DNA from: Octopus sinensis
Taxonomy: Eukaryota
Direction of reading: 5' to 3'
Length of the DNA: 64,000 bases
Assembly: GCF_006345805.1 (NCBI RefSeq)
Contig: NC_043023.1
Span: forward strand, 9,362,001-9,426,000
Below the pieces are notes generated by a model that saw only the letters and a program-made list of their open reading frames with translations, was not told the origin of the DNA and did not search any database. Shown in pieces: positions 14,680 to 27,790 of the stretch. The position numbers and the translations under genes were made by a program. Positions within the stretch are counted from its first letter, which is position 1. Each line of letters begins with the position of its first letter.

Positions 14680-15082
14680 TTCACAATATATATATATATG
14701 TATATTTCACTTCATAATTTTCTTGTAGTCTCCGCTTCGAATTCTATTTTTTGTACTTCTTTTATTTCATTGTCGTCAAAAGCATCATGGCCATGAACAA
14801 GACCATCACCGTCCTCAACACCACACTCCTTATTATCTCATTATTATCATCATAAACGGCATCATCATTAGCATCATCTTTTCCATCAGTCAACTGCGTC
14901 ACAAGTCATGATTATCAATATCATCAAATCCTTCACTCATTATCTTCATCTTCATCTAATTTTTGCACTCCTACTTCCTTTTCTTCTACATCTACATCCA
15001 GTTGATTAGACACATGCGTATTTAAAATTTTGTGACTAATCATTTTTATACCATTTCTCACCAATTCTCTTTCAACTTACAG

Positions 15083-15154
15083 AGATCTAGCGAATAATGA
15101 AATAGCGATTATTGAACATGGATCGTTCGAAAGTCTTACCAATTTAAAGGAGTT
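15083..15154 (+). CDS. LRR exon A3: DLANNEIAIIEHGSFESLTNLKE(L)
   Basis: ttacag|a...tt|gtaagt; 72 nt; phase 2/2. Confidence 0.92.
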
Positions 15155-15787
15155 GTAAGTTTGATTTTCCTGATATTATTAATCTAATTGTATGTTTCTA
15201 CATATATTGTCTTCCCTTCTATCTTCGCTCTCTCTTTCATCCTCTCTAATAGACGCCCACTTTGTCTGTGTGTGTGTGTGTGTGTGTGTGCGTGCGAGCG
15301 GGTATGAAAATGATTAAGGATATGAGGGTTTGTGGTTTACGTTTGTGATGTGATTTATATACATTTATGTGAACAACGTAACAATTAACAATTAAAGACA
15401 CAATGCCACAATATGGGGAAAAGCCATGTAGGACGACCAAGGGGATCCGGAGATTGAGATCTAACAATATTCGACAATTAGGCGCCACTAACTAGAAGAA
15501 GAATAGACATCGAGATGAATTCTTCATGTATGATAAGTAAATAGAAATATCCTATGGCAGAATTCGGAAAAAAACACAGACATTCTGACAACAAACGATA
15601 AATATAAAGACAGTTGCGTTTATTAGATTTGGCGGTATAAAGCCTACAATTGTTTCTATTATATTAACATTGATAAAACCTTCAGTATACAGATGTAGCG
15701 GGATCAACACGTAATGTTGTTAGCATAGATGCAAACAGAAAGATACAATGCTTATATACACATATATGTACATATACATGTGTCACA

Positions 15788-15826
<39 letters not shown>

Positions 15827-15832
15827 TATATA

Positions 15833-15938
<106 letters not shown>

Positions 15939-16112
15939 TTATAAAATGAGATAGGGGTTGAAAATTCAACCCACCATGGGATAACATATATCCAATATAC
16001 TGCTAGAGAGCTACCCAACAAGACTAATACATAAATGTTAAAAATTGCCATGCAATTAATTCATCTACTGTATTATGTTGGCAAGGGTAAAATTATTACC
16101 GTAAATTAATAA

Positions 16113-16726
16113 TACAAAATTAGAAACTGGAGAAACATACTTAAATCAATCAAACATCAACCATCAGATAATACCCAATCAATACTTTATTACACCATTA
16201 CATAACAGCAAAGACATTATACAAAATATATTGTAAATATAATTAGACAAGGAAATAGAAATATAAAATACAATTACATCATATCTGACAGCTGTTCCGG
16301 CCGTGAGGACAAGTATGCTTCATTTAACCTATAAGCCATATAAGGCAGGTGTAAATGAGACATTAACAAGGATGTCCTACGGCCTCTTCAGAAAATTTAA
16401 TTTAATATAAGTGTGAAAAAATTTTACATATAAATATAAAAATATAAAATATAAAAATGTGTGCATAGACACTCATAATACTACACATATATATATACAC
16501 ATTAATACAATAATACAAAATAAACAGAATATATCAATATACATTCACAAACACAGTTATTTTACATATCGGACTCCTAGTTCCATAACTAACATCAAGG
16601 AAAATATATGCACACTCACATTTAAATTTAAATCAGACATATATACATAAAAAAATAATAAAAAACCACACAGTTCAGTTCATAAAATTATAACCCTACA
16701 AAAAGTCAATAAAAATTAATATTAAT

Positions 16727-16773
<47 letters not shown>

Positions 16774-17378
16774 CCATGACGGTACCAAGTACATCAAGCG
16801 GACATCTACATATCAATCTGTCAGATATGATGTAATTGTATTTTATATTTATATTTCCTTGTCTAATTATATTTACAACTAGCAGTATCGCCCGGCGTTG
16901 CTCAGGTTTGTAAGGGAAATGACTATAAAGCATTTTTAGAGAGTTATAGCCAAAAAATAGCAAAAAAATGGAAAAAAAATTATGGTAAGTTTTTTTTTGA
17001 GATTTAAAAAGGTGGAGTTGCGCCCCCTAGACAGTTTATGGTTTGTGTTTCTGATTCTCGACCCCATGTCGAATTTATCGATTCTTTTTAGAACTGGGGG
17101 AACTTTTCAAAATTTTCGCTGCGTTAGTTTTGAATTATGACATTGGGCTATGTGTGTGTCAAGTTTCATCAGAATCGGTTGAAAGCCGTGGTCAGGGTGA
17201 GGGTATAAGCAAACAGACACACAGAAACACGCACAGACAAACTGCCGTTATATAGAGAGAGATATATTTTGTATAATGTCTTTGCTGTTATGTAATGGTG
17301 TAATAAAGTATTGATTGGGTATTATCTGATGGTTGATATTTGATTGATTTAAGTATGTTTCTCCATTTTCTAATTTTG

Positions 17379-17380
<2 letters not shown>
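16113..17380. mobile_element. Foldback element with ~180-bp inverted arms (16113-16291 / 16818-17380); right arm split by a Helitron
   Basis: The arms are reverse complements once 16879-17262 is removed. Confidence 0.85.
16879..17262 (-). mobile_element. Non-autonomous Helitron (384 bp)
   Basis: Minus strand starts TC and ends with a hairpin (CCTGAGCAACGCCGGG) then CTAG; inserted between A and T with no TSD. Confidence 0.85.
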
Positions 17381-17450
<70 letters not shown>

Positions 17451-17785
17451 CATACAACGCTCCCCATTCCATGGACAGTGCTGAGGTGCCAAACATTTAA
17501 ACCAAAGTGTTTCAAAAAATTTGTCCCTTTGAGAAACACTGATTTAACCCAAATTTCAGACACTAGCTAAAGAAGAAATAAAGATAGACTTTTTTCTATT
17601 CCAAGAAAAACGATTTTTGCAAATGCACGTTCCCACGGCTTTATGGATCGCATACACACCTGAAATCGATTTTTGTAAGTTTTTCAATACTCATGCACAC
17701 CCTGATAGTAGAAAACAGAGATAAACAGTTTTTGACTGCTATTTTTAATTTTTTGGTATGTGGCTAAGCAACCTGTTGCCTGTCC

Positions 17786-17914
<129 letters not shown>

Positions 17915-17930
17915 ATATATATATATATAT

Positions 17931-18223
17931 CACCGTGATCACCGTGTCCGGCCAGGCTATCAGATTTTGCTACATATCGCTGGTCACAATGCGCTTTGCA
18001 TTGTTTTAGCCTTCAAGCTACTCCACCCCGCTGGCTAAGCGAGCAGGCCAACAGAAGAAAGAGTGAGAGAAAGTTGTGGCGAAGTAGTACAGCAGGGATG
18101 GTTACCACCCTCTGTCGGAGCCTCGTGGAGCTTTGGGTGTCTTCGCTCAATAAACACTGACAACACCCGGTCTGGGAATCGAAACCGCGATCCTACAACC
18201 GCGAGTTCGCTGCCCTAACCACT
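17931..18223 (-). mobile_element. tRNA-head SINE (family-1 head, alternative tail)
   Basis: Reverse complement begins agtggttagggcagcgaactcgcggttgtaggatcgcggtttcgattccc. Confidence 0.82.
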
Positions 18224-19078
18224 ATATATATGTATATAAATAAGCAATATTAAATCTGTGAGTGAGACGTAAACAGTAGTATCACGGAATCGTAAAGTAT
18301 ATTTACCACGTAAACGTATCAGTCCCATAGGGAACGATGCTTCTGGTTTTTATAGCCCCAGGAGGACATCTTCTCCACTTGGCTAATGACACGCTATCGG
18401 TGTCTGATTAGTATTTGCGAAAGGAAAGAAAACATTGCCATCTCTAGCCTTACGTGATACACACATACCCGTGTTTCGATGACGAGTTACTACCCAGAAA
18501 TCAGGGCCTGTGTATATTACGTAACACCAGAGGCGGGAACCATGATATTAGTTCGCGCATACAAGTAAGACACAAGTGGTGTGTCGTTTTGGCAGCTAGT
18601 GGAGATGTCATCCCGGGGCTATAAACAACAGTAGCATTATCCCCTATGGGACCGACATATATATATATATATATATCCTTCACAATATATATATGTATAT
18701 TTCACTTTATATTTTTCTTGTAATCTCCGCTTCAAATACTATTTTGTACTTCTTATATTTCATTGTCGTCATAAGCATCATGGCCATGAATGCGACCATT
18801 AACGTGCTTAACACCACACTCCTTATCATCTCATCATCATCATCATAAACGATATCATCATTAGCATCATCTTCACCATCAGTCAACTTCGTCACAACAC
18901 ATGATTATCAATATCTTTCTAACCTTCACTCCTCATTATCTTCATCTTCATCTAATTTTTGCACTTCTACTTCCTTTTCTTCTACATCTACATCCAGTTG
19001 ATTAGGCATATGCGTATTTAAAATTTTGTGACTAATCATTTTTATACCATTTCTCACCAATTCTCTTCCAACTTACAG

Positions 19079-19150
19079 AAATCTAACCAATAATAGAATC
19101 GCGATTATTGAACATGGATCGTTCGAGGGTCTCACCAATTTAAAAAAGTT
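19079..19150 (+). CDS. LRR exon A4: NLTNNRIAIIEHGSFEGLTNLKK(L)
   Basis: ttacag|a...tt|gtaagt; 72 nt; phase 2/2. Confidence 0.92.
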
Positions 19151-19878
19151 GTAAGTTTGATTTTCCTGATATTATTAATCTAATTGTATGTTTCTACATA
19201 TATTGTCTTCCCTTCTATCTTCGCTCTCTCTTTCATCTTCTCTATCAGACTTTCACTTTGTGTGTGTGTGTGTGTGTGTGTGTGTTTGTGTGCGTGCGGG
19301 TATGAACATGATTAAGGATATGAATGTTTGTGGTTTAGAATTGTGATGTGATTTATATAAATTAATGTGCACAACGTAACACGTAACAATTAACGATTAA
19401 AGACAAAATTCCCCAATACGGGGGAAAGCCATGTAGGACAACGAGGGGAATCCAGAGATTCAGATCTAACTATATTCCACGATTAGGCACCAGTAATAAG
19501 AAGTAGAATACACACCCAAGTGAATTCCTCCTGTATGATAAATAAATAGAAATATCCTATGGCAGAATTGGGAAAAATTCAGACATTTTGACAAGAAACG
19601 ATAAATATAGAGACAGTTGCGTTTATTTGATTTCCCATTATATAGCCTACAATTGTTTCTAATATATTAACATAGATAAAACCTTCAGTATACAGATGTA
19701 GCGGGAGCAATACTTAAGGTTGGTAACATAGATGCAAACACAAAGATACAATGCTTATATACACAGACATATATCTATACATAAATAAAAATATGACGAA
19801 TCTGAATTGTAAACTGAATTTCGTTGCACTCAATAACATTTTTGTAATTGCAGACAGAGCGGCAGATTTACAGATGCA

Positions 19879-19923
<45 letters not shown>

Positions 19924-20391
19924 CACACACACACACACACACAGCGCGCGCGCGCGCGTTCACACACACACACACACATATATCTATAGTTCACAATATA
20001 TATATGTATATTTCACTTCATAATTTTCTTGTAATCACCGCTTTCAATTCTTTTTTTTGTACCTCTTTAATTTCATTTTCGTCATAAGCATCATGGCCAT
20101 GAACGCGACCATCACCGTCCTCAACACCACACTCCTTATTATCTCATCATCATCATCATAAACGACATCATCATTAGCATCATCTTTTCCATCAGTCAAC
20201 TTCGTCACAACTCATGATTATCAATATCTTTCTAACCTTCACTCCTCATTATCTTCATCTTCATCTAATTTTGGCACCTCTTCTTCCTTTTCTTCTACAT
20301 CTACATCCAGTTGATTAGACATATGCGTATTTAAAATTTCGTGACTAATCATTTTTATACCATTTCTCACCAATTCTCTTCCAACTTACAG

Positions 20392-20463
20392 AAATCTAAC
20401 CAATAATATAATCGCGAGTATTGAACATGGATCGTTCGAAAGTCTTACCAATTTAAAGATATT
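20392..20463 (+). CDS. LRR exon A5: NLTNNIIASIEHGSFESLTNLKI(L)
   Basis: ttacag|a...tt|gtaagt; 72 nt; phase 2/2. Confidence 0.92.
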
Positions 20464-21177
20464 GTAAGTTTGATCTTCCTGATATTATTAATCTAATTGT
20501 ATGTTTCTACATATATTGTCTTCCCTTCTATCTTCGCTCTCTCTTTCATCCTCTCTATCAGACTTTCACTTTGTCTGTGTGTGTGTGTGCGCGCGTGTAT
20601 GAAAATGATTAAAGATATGAGTGTTTGTGAGTTACGTTTGTGATGTGATTTATATAAATTAATGTGAACAATGTAACATGTAACAATTAACAATTGAAGA
20701 CAAAATTCTCCAATACGGGGAAAAGCAATGTAGGACAACGAGGGGAATCCAGAGATTCAGATCTAACTATATTCAACAATTAGGCACCAGTAATAAGAAG
20801 TAGAATACACACCCAAGTGAATTCCTCCTGTATGATAAGTAAATAGAAATATCCTATGGCAGAATTCGGAAAAATTCAGACATGTTTACAACAAACGATA
20901 AATATAGAGAAAGTTGTCTTTATTAGATTTCAAATAAAAAAGCCTACAATTGTTTCTATTTTATTAACAAAGATAAAATCTTCAGTATACAGATGTAGCG
21001 GGAGCAACACTTAAGGTTGGTAACATAGATGCAAACACAAAGTTACAATGCTTATATACACATTCATATATCTATACATAAATAAAAATATGATGAATCC
21101 GAATTGTAAACTGAATTTCGTTGCACTCAATAACATTTTTGTAATTGCAGACAGAGAGGCAGATTTACAGTTGCAGA

Positions 21178-21228
<51 letters not shown>

Positions 21229-21649
21229 AACACACACACACATATACTTCACAATATATATATGTATATTTCACTTCATAATTTTGTTGTAATAACCGCT
21301 TCAAATTCTATTTTTTGTACTTCTTTTAATTCATTCTCGTCATAAGTATCATGGCCATGAACGCGACCATCACCGTCCTCAACACCACACTCCTTATCAT
21401 CTCATTATCATCATCATAAACGACATCATCATTAGCATCATCTTCACCATCAGTCAACTTCGTCACAACTCATGATTATCAATATCATCATAACCTTCAC
21501 TTATCATTATCTTCATCTTCATCTAATTTTTCCACTCCTACTTCCTTTTCTTCTACATCTACATCCAGTTGATTAGACACATGCGTATTTAAAATTTCGT
21601 GACTAATCATTTTTATACCATTTCTCACCAATTCTCTTCCAACTTACAG

Positions 21650-21721
21650 AAATCTAACCAATAATATAATCGCGATTATTGAACATGAATCGTTCGAAGG
21701 TCTCACCAATTTAAAAAAGTT
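21650..21721 (+). CDS. LRR exon A6: NLTNNIIAIIEHESFEGLTNLKK(L)
   Basis: ttacag|a...tt|gtaagt; 72 nt; phase 2/2. Confidence 0.92.
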
Positions 21722-22696
21722 GTAAGTTTTTAATCCTCCTGTATGATAAGTAAATAGAAATATCCTATGGCAGAATTCGGAAAAATTCAGACATTTTGAC
21801 AACAATCGATACATATAGAGATAGTTGCGTTTATTAGATTTCACATTATAAAGCCTACAATTGTTTCTATTTTATTAACATAGATAAAATCTTCAGTATA
21901 CAGATGTAGCGGGAGCAACACATAAGGTTGGTAACATAGATGCAAGCACAAAGTTACAATGCTTATATACACATACATATATCTATACATAAATAAAAAT
22001 ATGATGAATCTGAATTGTAAACTGAATTTCGTTGCACTCAATAACATTTTTGTAATTGCAGACAGAGAGGCAGATTTACAGATGCAGATTATCCACACAC
22101 ACACACATACACACACACACACGCACACACACACACACACACGCACACACTCACACAAACACGAACACACATAAACAACCACAAACAATTTATAGTCATA
22201 CACATGCTCACATACATATATACGTAAATATACATGTGTCACAAACATATATATATATATATTATATACACACGCAAATATATATGCACATGTTCACAGA
22301 CATATACATAAACATAAATATATATATATAGACAATAATATATTATTATTTTTACAATTTGTATTCTTATCTCATATGTATTGAATCATAAGATATATAT
22401 GTATGCTATTAAGGTTCTCATTATGTTTAATGGATATATAATCCAACATTTTAATATCCGAAAGTTGATTAAGAAACAATGTTTGTGTCTCCATTTTCTT
22501 ATTTGTGTTATATATATATATATATATATATATCTATTTAAATAGGTGAATGATTTATCCTATGTTTATCGTCAGCATGGAAAATTCGTTTAACCGAAAC
22601 CTGGGTAGCAAATTCACGTAAGAAACACGGTTGAAGCGACCTGTCGAAGGGTAGAAACTCCGGGTTCATGTGGAGAAATTTGTGTGTTGTATATGA

Positions 22697-22888
22697 ATAA
22701 ATGAAAGAATGGAGTCGAACGAAGATGTTAACGAAATTCCTTTACTCTCGACATATGTTTCCTATCTTTCCTGCTGAGACGATTGCATAATGCACCCTTT
22801 ATTCCTTTGGAATGAAACATGTTGTCTTCGAAACATATGTCGAGAGTAAAGGAAGTTTGTTAACATCTTCGTTCGACTCCATTCTTTC

Positions 22889-22894
<6 letters not shown>
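22697..22894. mobile_element. Small foldback element with ~65-bp inverted arms
   Basis: ataaatgaaagaatggagtcgaacgaagatgttaac...catatgtttc and its reverse complement, 2 mismatches. Confidence 0.85.
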
Positions 22895-22983
<89 letters not shown>

Positions 22984-22984
<1 letters not shown>

Positions 22985-24090
22985 TGGAATCCGTGGAAAA
23001 GTTCTAAACTGGATTAAGTATTTCCTGGCGAATAGAATACAACATGTTGTAATTGATGGAGTCCACTCAAACCTAGCAAAAGTCACCAGCAGTGGCCCCC
23101 AGGGGACTCTCTTGGGTCCGCTACTCTTCATAATTTACATAAACTACCTTTCCAGTGTTGTACATTACTGCAAAGTGAAAATATTTGCTGATGACACTAA
23201 GCTCCAGCAAATCGTCAATGAAGAGGCAGACCGAACTCAACTCCAATCTGATCTATATGCTGTGAGTCAATGGGCAGACAGAAACAAATTGCAACTGAAC
23301 GAGAGAAAATATGAGCTGATGCATTTTGGAAGAAATTCTTCACTAAAACAGCCATACTCTCTTCCTTCAGGGGAACCGCTCACAGCCTCTAACAATATCT
23401 GAGACCTGGGTGTAATTGTTGATGACGATCTCAGTTGGAGTGCACACATCAACAAGAAGGTCGATATAGCTCGTAGGATGAGTTCCTGGATCTTAAGAAC
23501 TTTCCGGTCCAGAGAACAAGGTGTCATCATACCACTTTTCTCTTCCTTCGTACGGCCACACCTCGAATACTGCTGCCCACTGTGGTCTCCCCATACAAGA
23601 CAAAACATCTCGAGGATTGAATCACCCCAGAAGGCATTCACTAAACGAATTGAAAGTATGACTCCTCTCGATTATTGGGACCGCCTTAAAGCCTTGAAAC
23701 TCTACTCTCACCAGCGTCGCCGTGAGCGGTACATCATTTGTACGATGTGGAGAATCTACCGCCAAATTTGCCCAAACGACCTGAGCATTACTTTCAAGGT
23801 TCATCCAAGAATGGGACCACGGGCCATACGTCCCCTGCCCAATTCAAGATCACAGCATACATGTACACTGCCCTATTTAACATTGTCCCGGAAGAGATCA
23901 AAGAGGAAAAGGATCCCATCAACTTTAAACGGAGTCTGGATAGATTCCTTCAAGGAATACCAGATAAGCCACCCATAATTGGATACAACTCACCCAACAA
24001 AAACTCACTACTTGAATTAACAAAACTTGACTTAAACAGGATTCAAATAATCCTATCAGGCGGTGCTATTAAGTTAGACATGGCCTGGAC
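22984..24090 (+). mobile_element. 5'-truncated CR1-like LINE (reverse transcriptase C-terminal half), inactivated
   Basis: PQGTLLGPLLFIIYIN, KIFADDTKL, VRPHLEYCCPLWSP, ...QRRRER; stop at ~23400 and a frameshift near 23870. Confidence 0.92.
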
Positions 24091-24169
24091 CAATTTTTTG
24101 ATATACTGGCCATTGATAAAAAAATTTTTTCCGATAAAAATATTATCCTACATTAGATATATATATATA

Positions 24170-24650
24170 CATGAGGTACCTAAAAGTAACCGAAATTATC
24201 TCTGTTGGGCAAGCCAGTTGTAGTTTAGGCTTCCTCTGCTAGAAGCCACTATCAGACATCAGTATGCCGACCGGCATTGTCATTTAGAGTCGTACTGCCA
24301 CGTGATGTATCGTTGTTTTGCAGTGTTTCTCCCTTATTTATTGATTTTTGCGATGGCTGAAACGAGGGAACAGCGTGCTCCCAGGAATTTTCTGATTTCT
24401 GCTGGGGAAAACGGCGGCCGAAACTATTGTCATATTTGACACAACTGACAAGGACGTTACCAGGAGCAAAGCACAAGTTTATAAGTTGTTTCCACACTTC
24501 AAGAATGGTCACTTGTCGCTTGAACAACAACTTCGTTCAGGGCGACCAATGACTTCCCGAAAGAATGAAAACATCACAAAAGTTCATGAACTCATCTTGG
24601 AGGACCGTCATCGAACAATTGAGAAACTTGTTGATACCACTGCTATGTGT
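24170..24650 (+). mobile_element. Mariner transposon 5' remnant (end plus transposase HTH region)
   Basis: From ATG 24353: EQRA...GKTAAETIV...QVYKLF.HFKNGHLSLEQQLRSGRPMTS...ITKVHELILEDRHRTIEKL. Confidence 0.8.
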
Positions 24651-25125
24651 CATAGTGCTCCTGCCGACGGATTGTTTTGTGCGAGGAATTGCAATTGAAA
24701 AGAGTTGCAGTGAGAGACAAACAGGGAGACACAGGGAGACACAGATAGAGAGAGAAAGACAGTGTCACACAGAAACATAGAAGAAGACACACTGTGTGTG
24801 TGTGTCTGTGTGTGTGTATGCGTTTTCTTTCACCCCATCAGCACATTGATGGGGTGAGCGAAACACAAAAGTGTGTGACACAGAGAGAGATTGAGAGAGA
24901 GAGACAGAGAGAAAAAGAGAGAGAAAATAGCACAGACAGACAGACACAGAGAGACAAAGACAGTGTGCGTGTGTGTGTGCGTGTGTGTGTGTGCACACAC
25001 ATACTCACATACTGTCTCTAAACGGATACCCTGTATTTGCGAAAAAGAAATTTAGAAAGGATTTTACAGTATAAAACATTGTTTTTTGACTTTTACGTAT
25101 TTTAACTTATCTTTGATTCTTTCAG

Positions 25126-25194
25126 AAAGTTGAGCTACAACCGTTTACAAAAATTTGATGGCGCTTTCTCATACATTTCCAGCATAAGTGAGAT
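25126..25194 (+). CDS. Last internal LRR exon: KLSYNRLQKFDGAFSYISSISE(I)
   Basis: tttcag|a...at|gtatgt; 69 nt; phase 2/2; xLxxNxLxxF pattern. Confidence 0.8.
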
Positions 25195-26467
25195 GTATGT
25201 ACAATAATACTCTTTATTTCTTGGAAAAGTTTAACATTTTGTAAATCTAACAGCATAAAAAAAGATTATCAAATTCACAAATATTTAATGCAGTTGACAA
25301 TAAATAATGATGTGTTGGTTTACATTTTAATAAGTCGAAATGATTATTTCCGAGTATTGTGTTTAGTCATTGTAAAGTCTGCTTTGAATTGCATGACAGT
25401 TGGTTTGATCTAACTTAATCCATGTAAATACACGTAACGTTAGTGGCCATGTATTTACAGCCTTCACTAGATACGTCTCATGTGACTATGATTTCATTAG
25501 CTTCCTCACCTTTCTTATTTACACCTTCTCCAGTTCCATTTTAATTTCTATAGTTAGTACACTGTGAGATTCTAGTACACCTAGGTACTGATAACTCTCG
25601 CATTGTTTCAGTGATTTTAAAGTCTGGTCATCTAGTAATTGGAGACTTTATTGCTGACCACTTGTCCAGTTTTATGACTAATACTGCACCCTTATCCATG
25701 AAAAATCCTATATCTATAAATTTGTTGAAGTGTTTTACAGTTTGTTTTAAAGAATATCTTTTTTTATTCTTGCTAAAAAGGTTCAGATCATCCATGAAGA
25801 GCAACTGTTAATTTTTCCTTTACTGTCTCTAAACTGATATCCTGTATTTGCGAAAAATATATCGCTATTAATTTTTCCCCATGTTTATTATGAGTATTCC
25901 TTCACAGCCGTATGCCTCAGAAACTGAAAGTGCAAATCGTTGCTTTTATAGTTTCTACCGCAGTTCATGCATTCCTTTAAGACCAATTGTTACGTAGAAT
26001 AAAACAACTATCCTAGCACCAAAACATTCCGTCTAAACTGCTCTTCTGAAAGACACTTTGAAATCACTACCATCAAATTTTCGACACTAAAATACGCCTA
26101 ATCTACGAAATAATGAAATAATTTCAAGTGACTATGAATTTTCTTCTTATTTAAAGTGACACTTTTTTATTCAAGCTGTAAGTTATAAGAATGTAGCGAT
26201 TGTAACAACTTTTCAGTTTTCACGAGAACCATTTCTCTTTTTGTTGTTATTAACACATGGAAAGAAAGAACATGAATGTTGTGACTCCTATACACTTGCT
26301 GAAATTATATTAATCATCATTTCTTGTCAACTGCTGCAGGAGTTTTTCTCTTGTCTGAAGAGTATTCAGATAAAGTTCTGAATGACGGATAGTCATGATA
26401 GATATGCTGGGCTTCATAAAATTTCCCCCAGTGCTACTTTGATGGCATGCACTGCTCTCTCACTGAA

Positions 26468-26534
26468 TAGTAATAATAATAATAACAACAACAACAACAG
26501 CAACAACAATAACAACAACAATAGAATAATAATG

Positions 26535-26577
<43 letters not shown>

Positions 26578-26582
26578 TGTTG

Positions 26583-26616
<34 letters not shown>

Positions 26617-26627
26617 TAATAATGAGA

Positions 26628-26670
<43 letters not shown>

Positions 26671-26984
26671 TGATGATGATGATGATAATAACAATAACAA
26701 TATTAATAGTGATAATAATAATAATAATAATAATGATAATAATAATAATGATGATGATGATGATTATGATATAATAATAATAATGATAATAATAATAATC
26801 AATGATAATAAATAATATAATAATAATAATAATAATAATAAATAAAATAATGATGATGATAATAATAATAACAAAATAATGATAATATAATAATGATGAT
26901 GATGATGATTATGATAATAATAATAACAATATTAATAGTAATAATTATAATGATAATAATAATAGTATAATAATAATGATAGTG

Positions 26985-27015
<31 letters not shown>

Positions 27016-27495
27016 AATAATGATAATAATAATAATGATGATGATAATAATAATAATAACGATGATAATAATAATAATAATAATAATGATAATAATAATA
27101 ATAATGATAATAATGATAATAATAATAATAATAATAATGATGATGATGATAATAATAATAATAATAATGATAATAATAATAATAATAATAATGATGATGA
27201 TGATAATAATAATAATATAATAATGATAATTAATGATAATATAATAATAATAATAATAATAATGATGATGATTATGATAATGATAATAATAATTAATAAT
27301 GATGATAATAATAATATTAATAATAATATAATAATAATAATAATAATAATAATATAATAATGATGATGATGATGATGATCATGATGATGATGATCACGAT
27401 GATCATGATAATAATAATAATAATAATATAATAATATAATAATAATAATGATGATATGATAATGATAATACTAATAATAATAACAACAATAATAA
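26468..27495. repeat. ~1-kb compound (AAC)/(AAT)/(GAT) microsatellite ending ~28 nt before the LRR-cap exon
   Basis: Direct. Confidence 0.97.
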
Positions 27496-27523
27496 CATTA
27501 AAAAGTTGTCTTTATAATTACAG

Positions 27524-27687
27524 TGACCTCAGAAACAATACAGACATGATGTGTGGATGTCACTGCCAGCTATGTCAAATATATAAAGAGTACATACAAC
27601 AGAACTGTGAGAATTCTGGGCAAGTGTCACACAAATTTAGGCTCTAAGATAAATTAATATCTATAAGGAAATATTCACAATGTAAAG
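27524..27687 (+). CDS. LRR C-terminal cap exon, apparently disrupted: DLRNNTDMMCGCH...(shifted frame YVKYIKSTYNRTVRILGKCHTNLGS)...DKLISIRKYSQCK(G)
   Basis: ttacag|t...aaag|gttagt; 164 nt links phase 2 to phase 1 as required. The entry frame has TAA near 27645, and the cap-like middle lies in a shifted frame. Confidence 0.7.
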
Positions 27688-27790
27688 GTTAGTAAACGTT
27701 GCTTCTGTTTTTTGTTTTTACTTTTACCAATAACAAAACTTCAGGTCATTCTCTGCTGCTCAAATTTTGAATCAGGGCCAAAAGATAAAG

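Larger units (their letters stand above)
18670..22330 (+). repeat. Three tandem ~1.3-kb single-exon units (A4, A5, A6)
   Basis: Exon spacings 1313 and 1258 bp; the same intron text recurs; junctions fall in (CT)n(CA)n(TA)n tracts. Confidence 0.9.
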
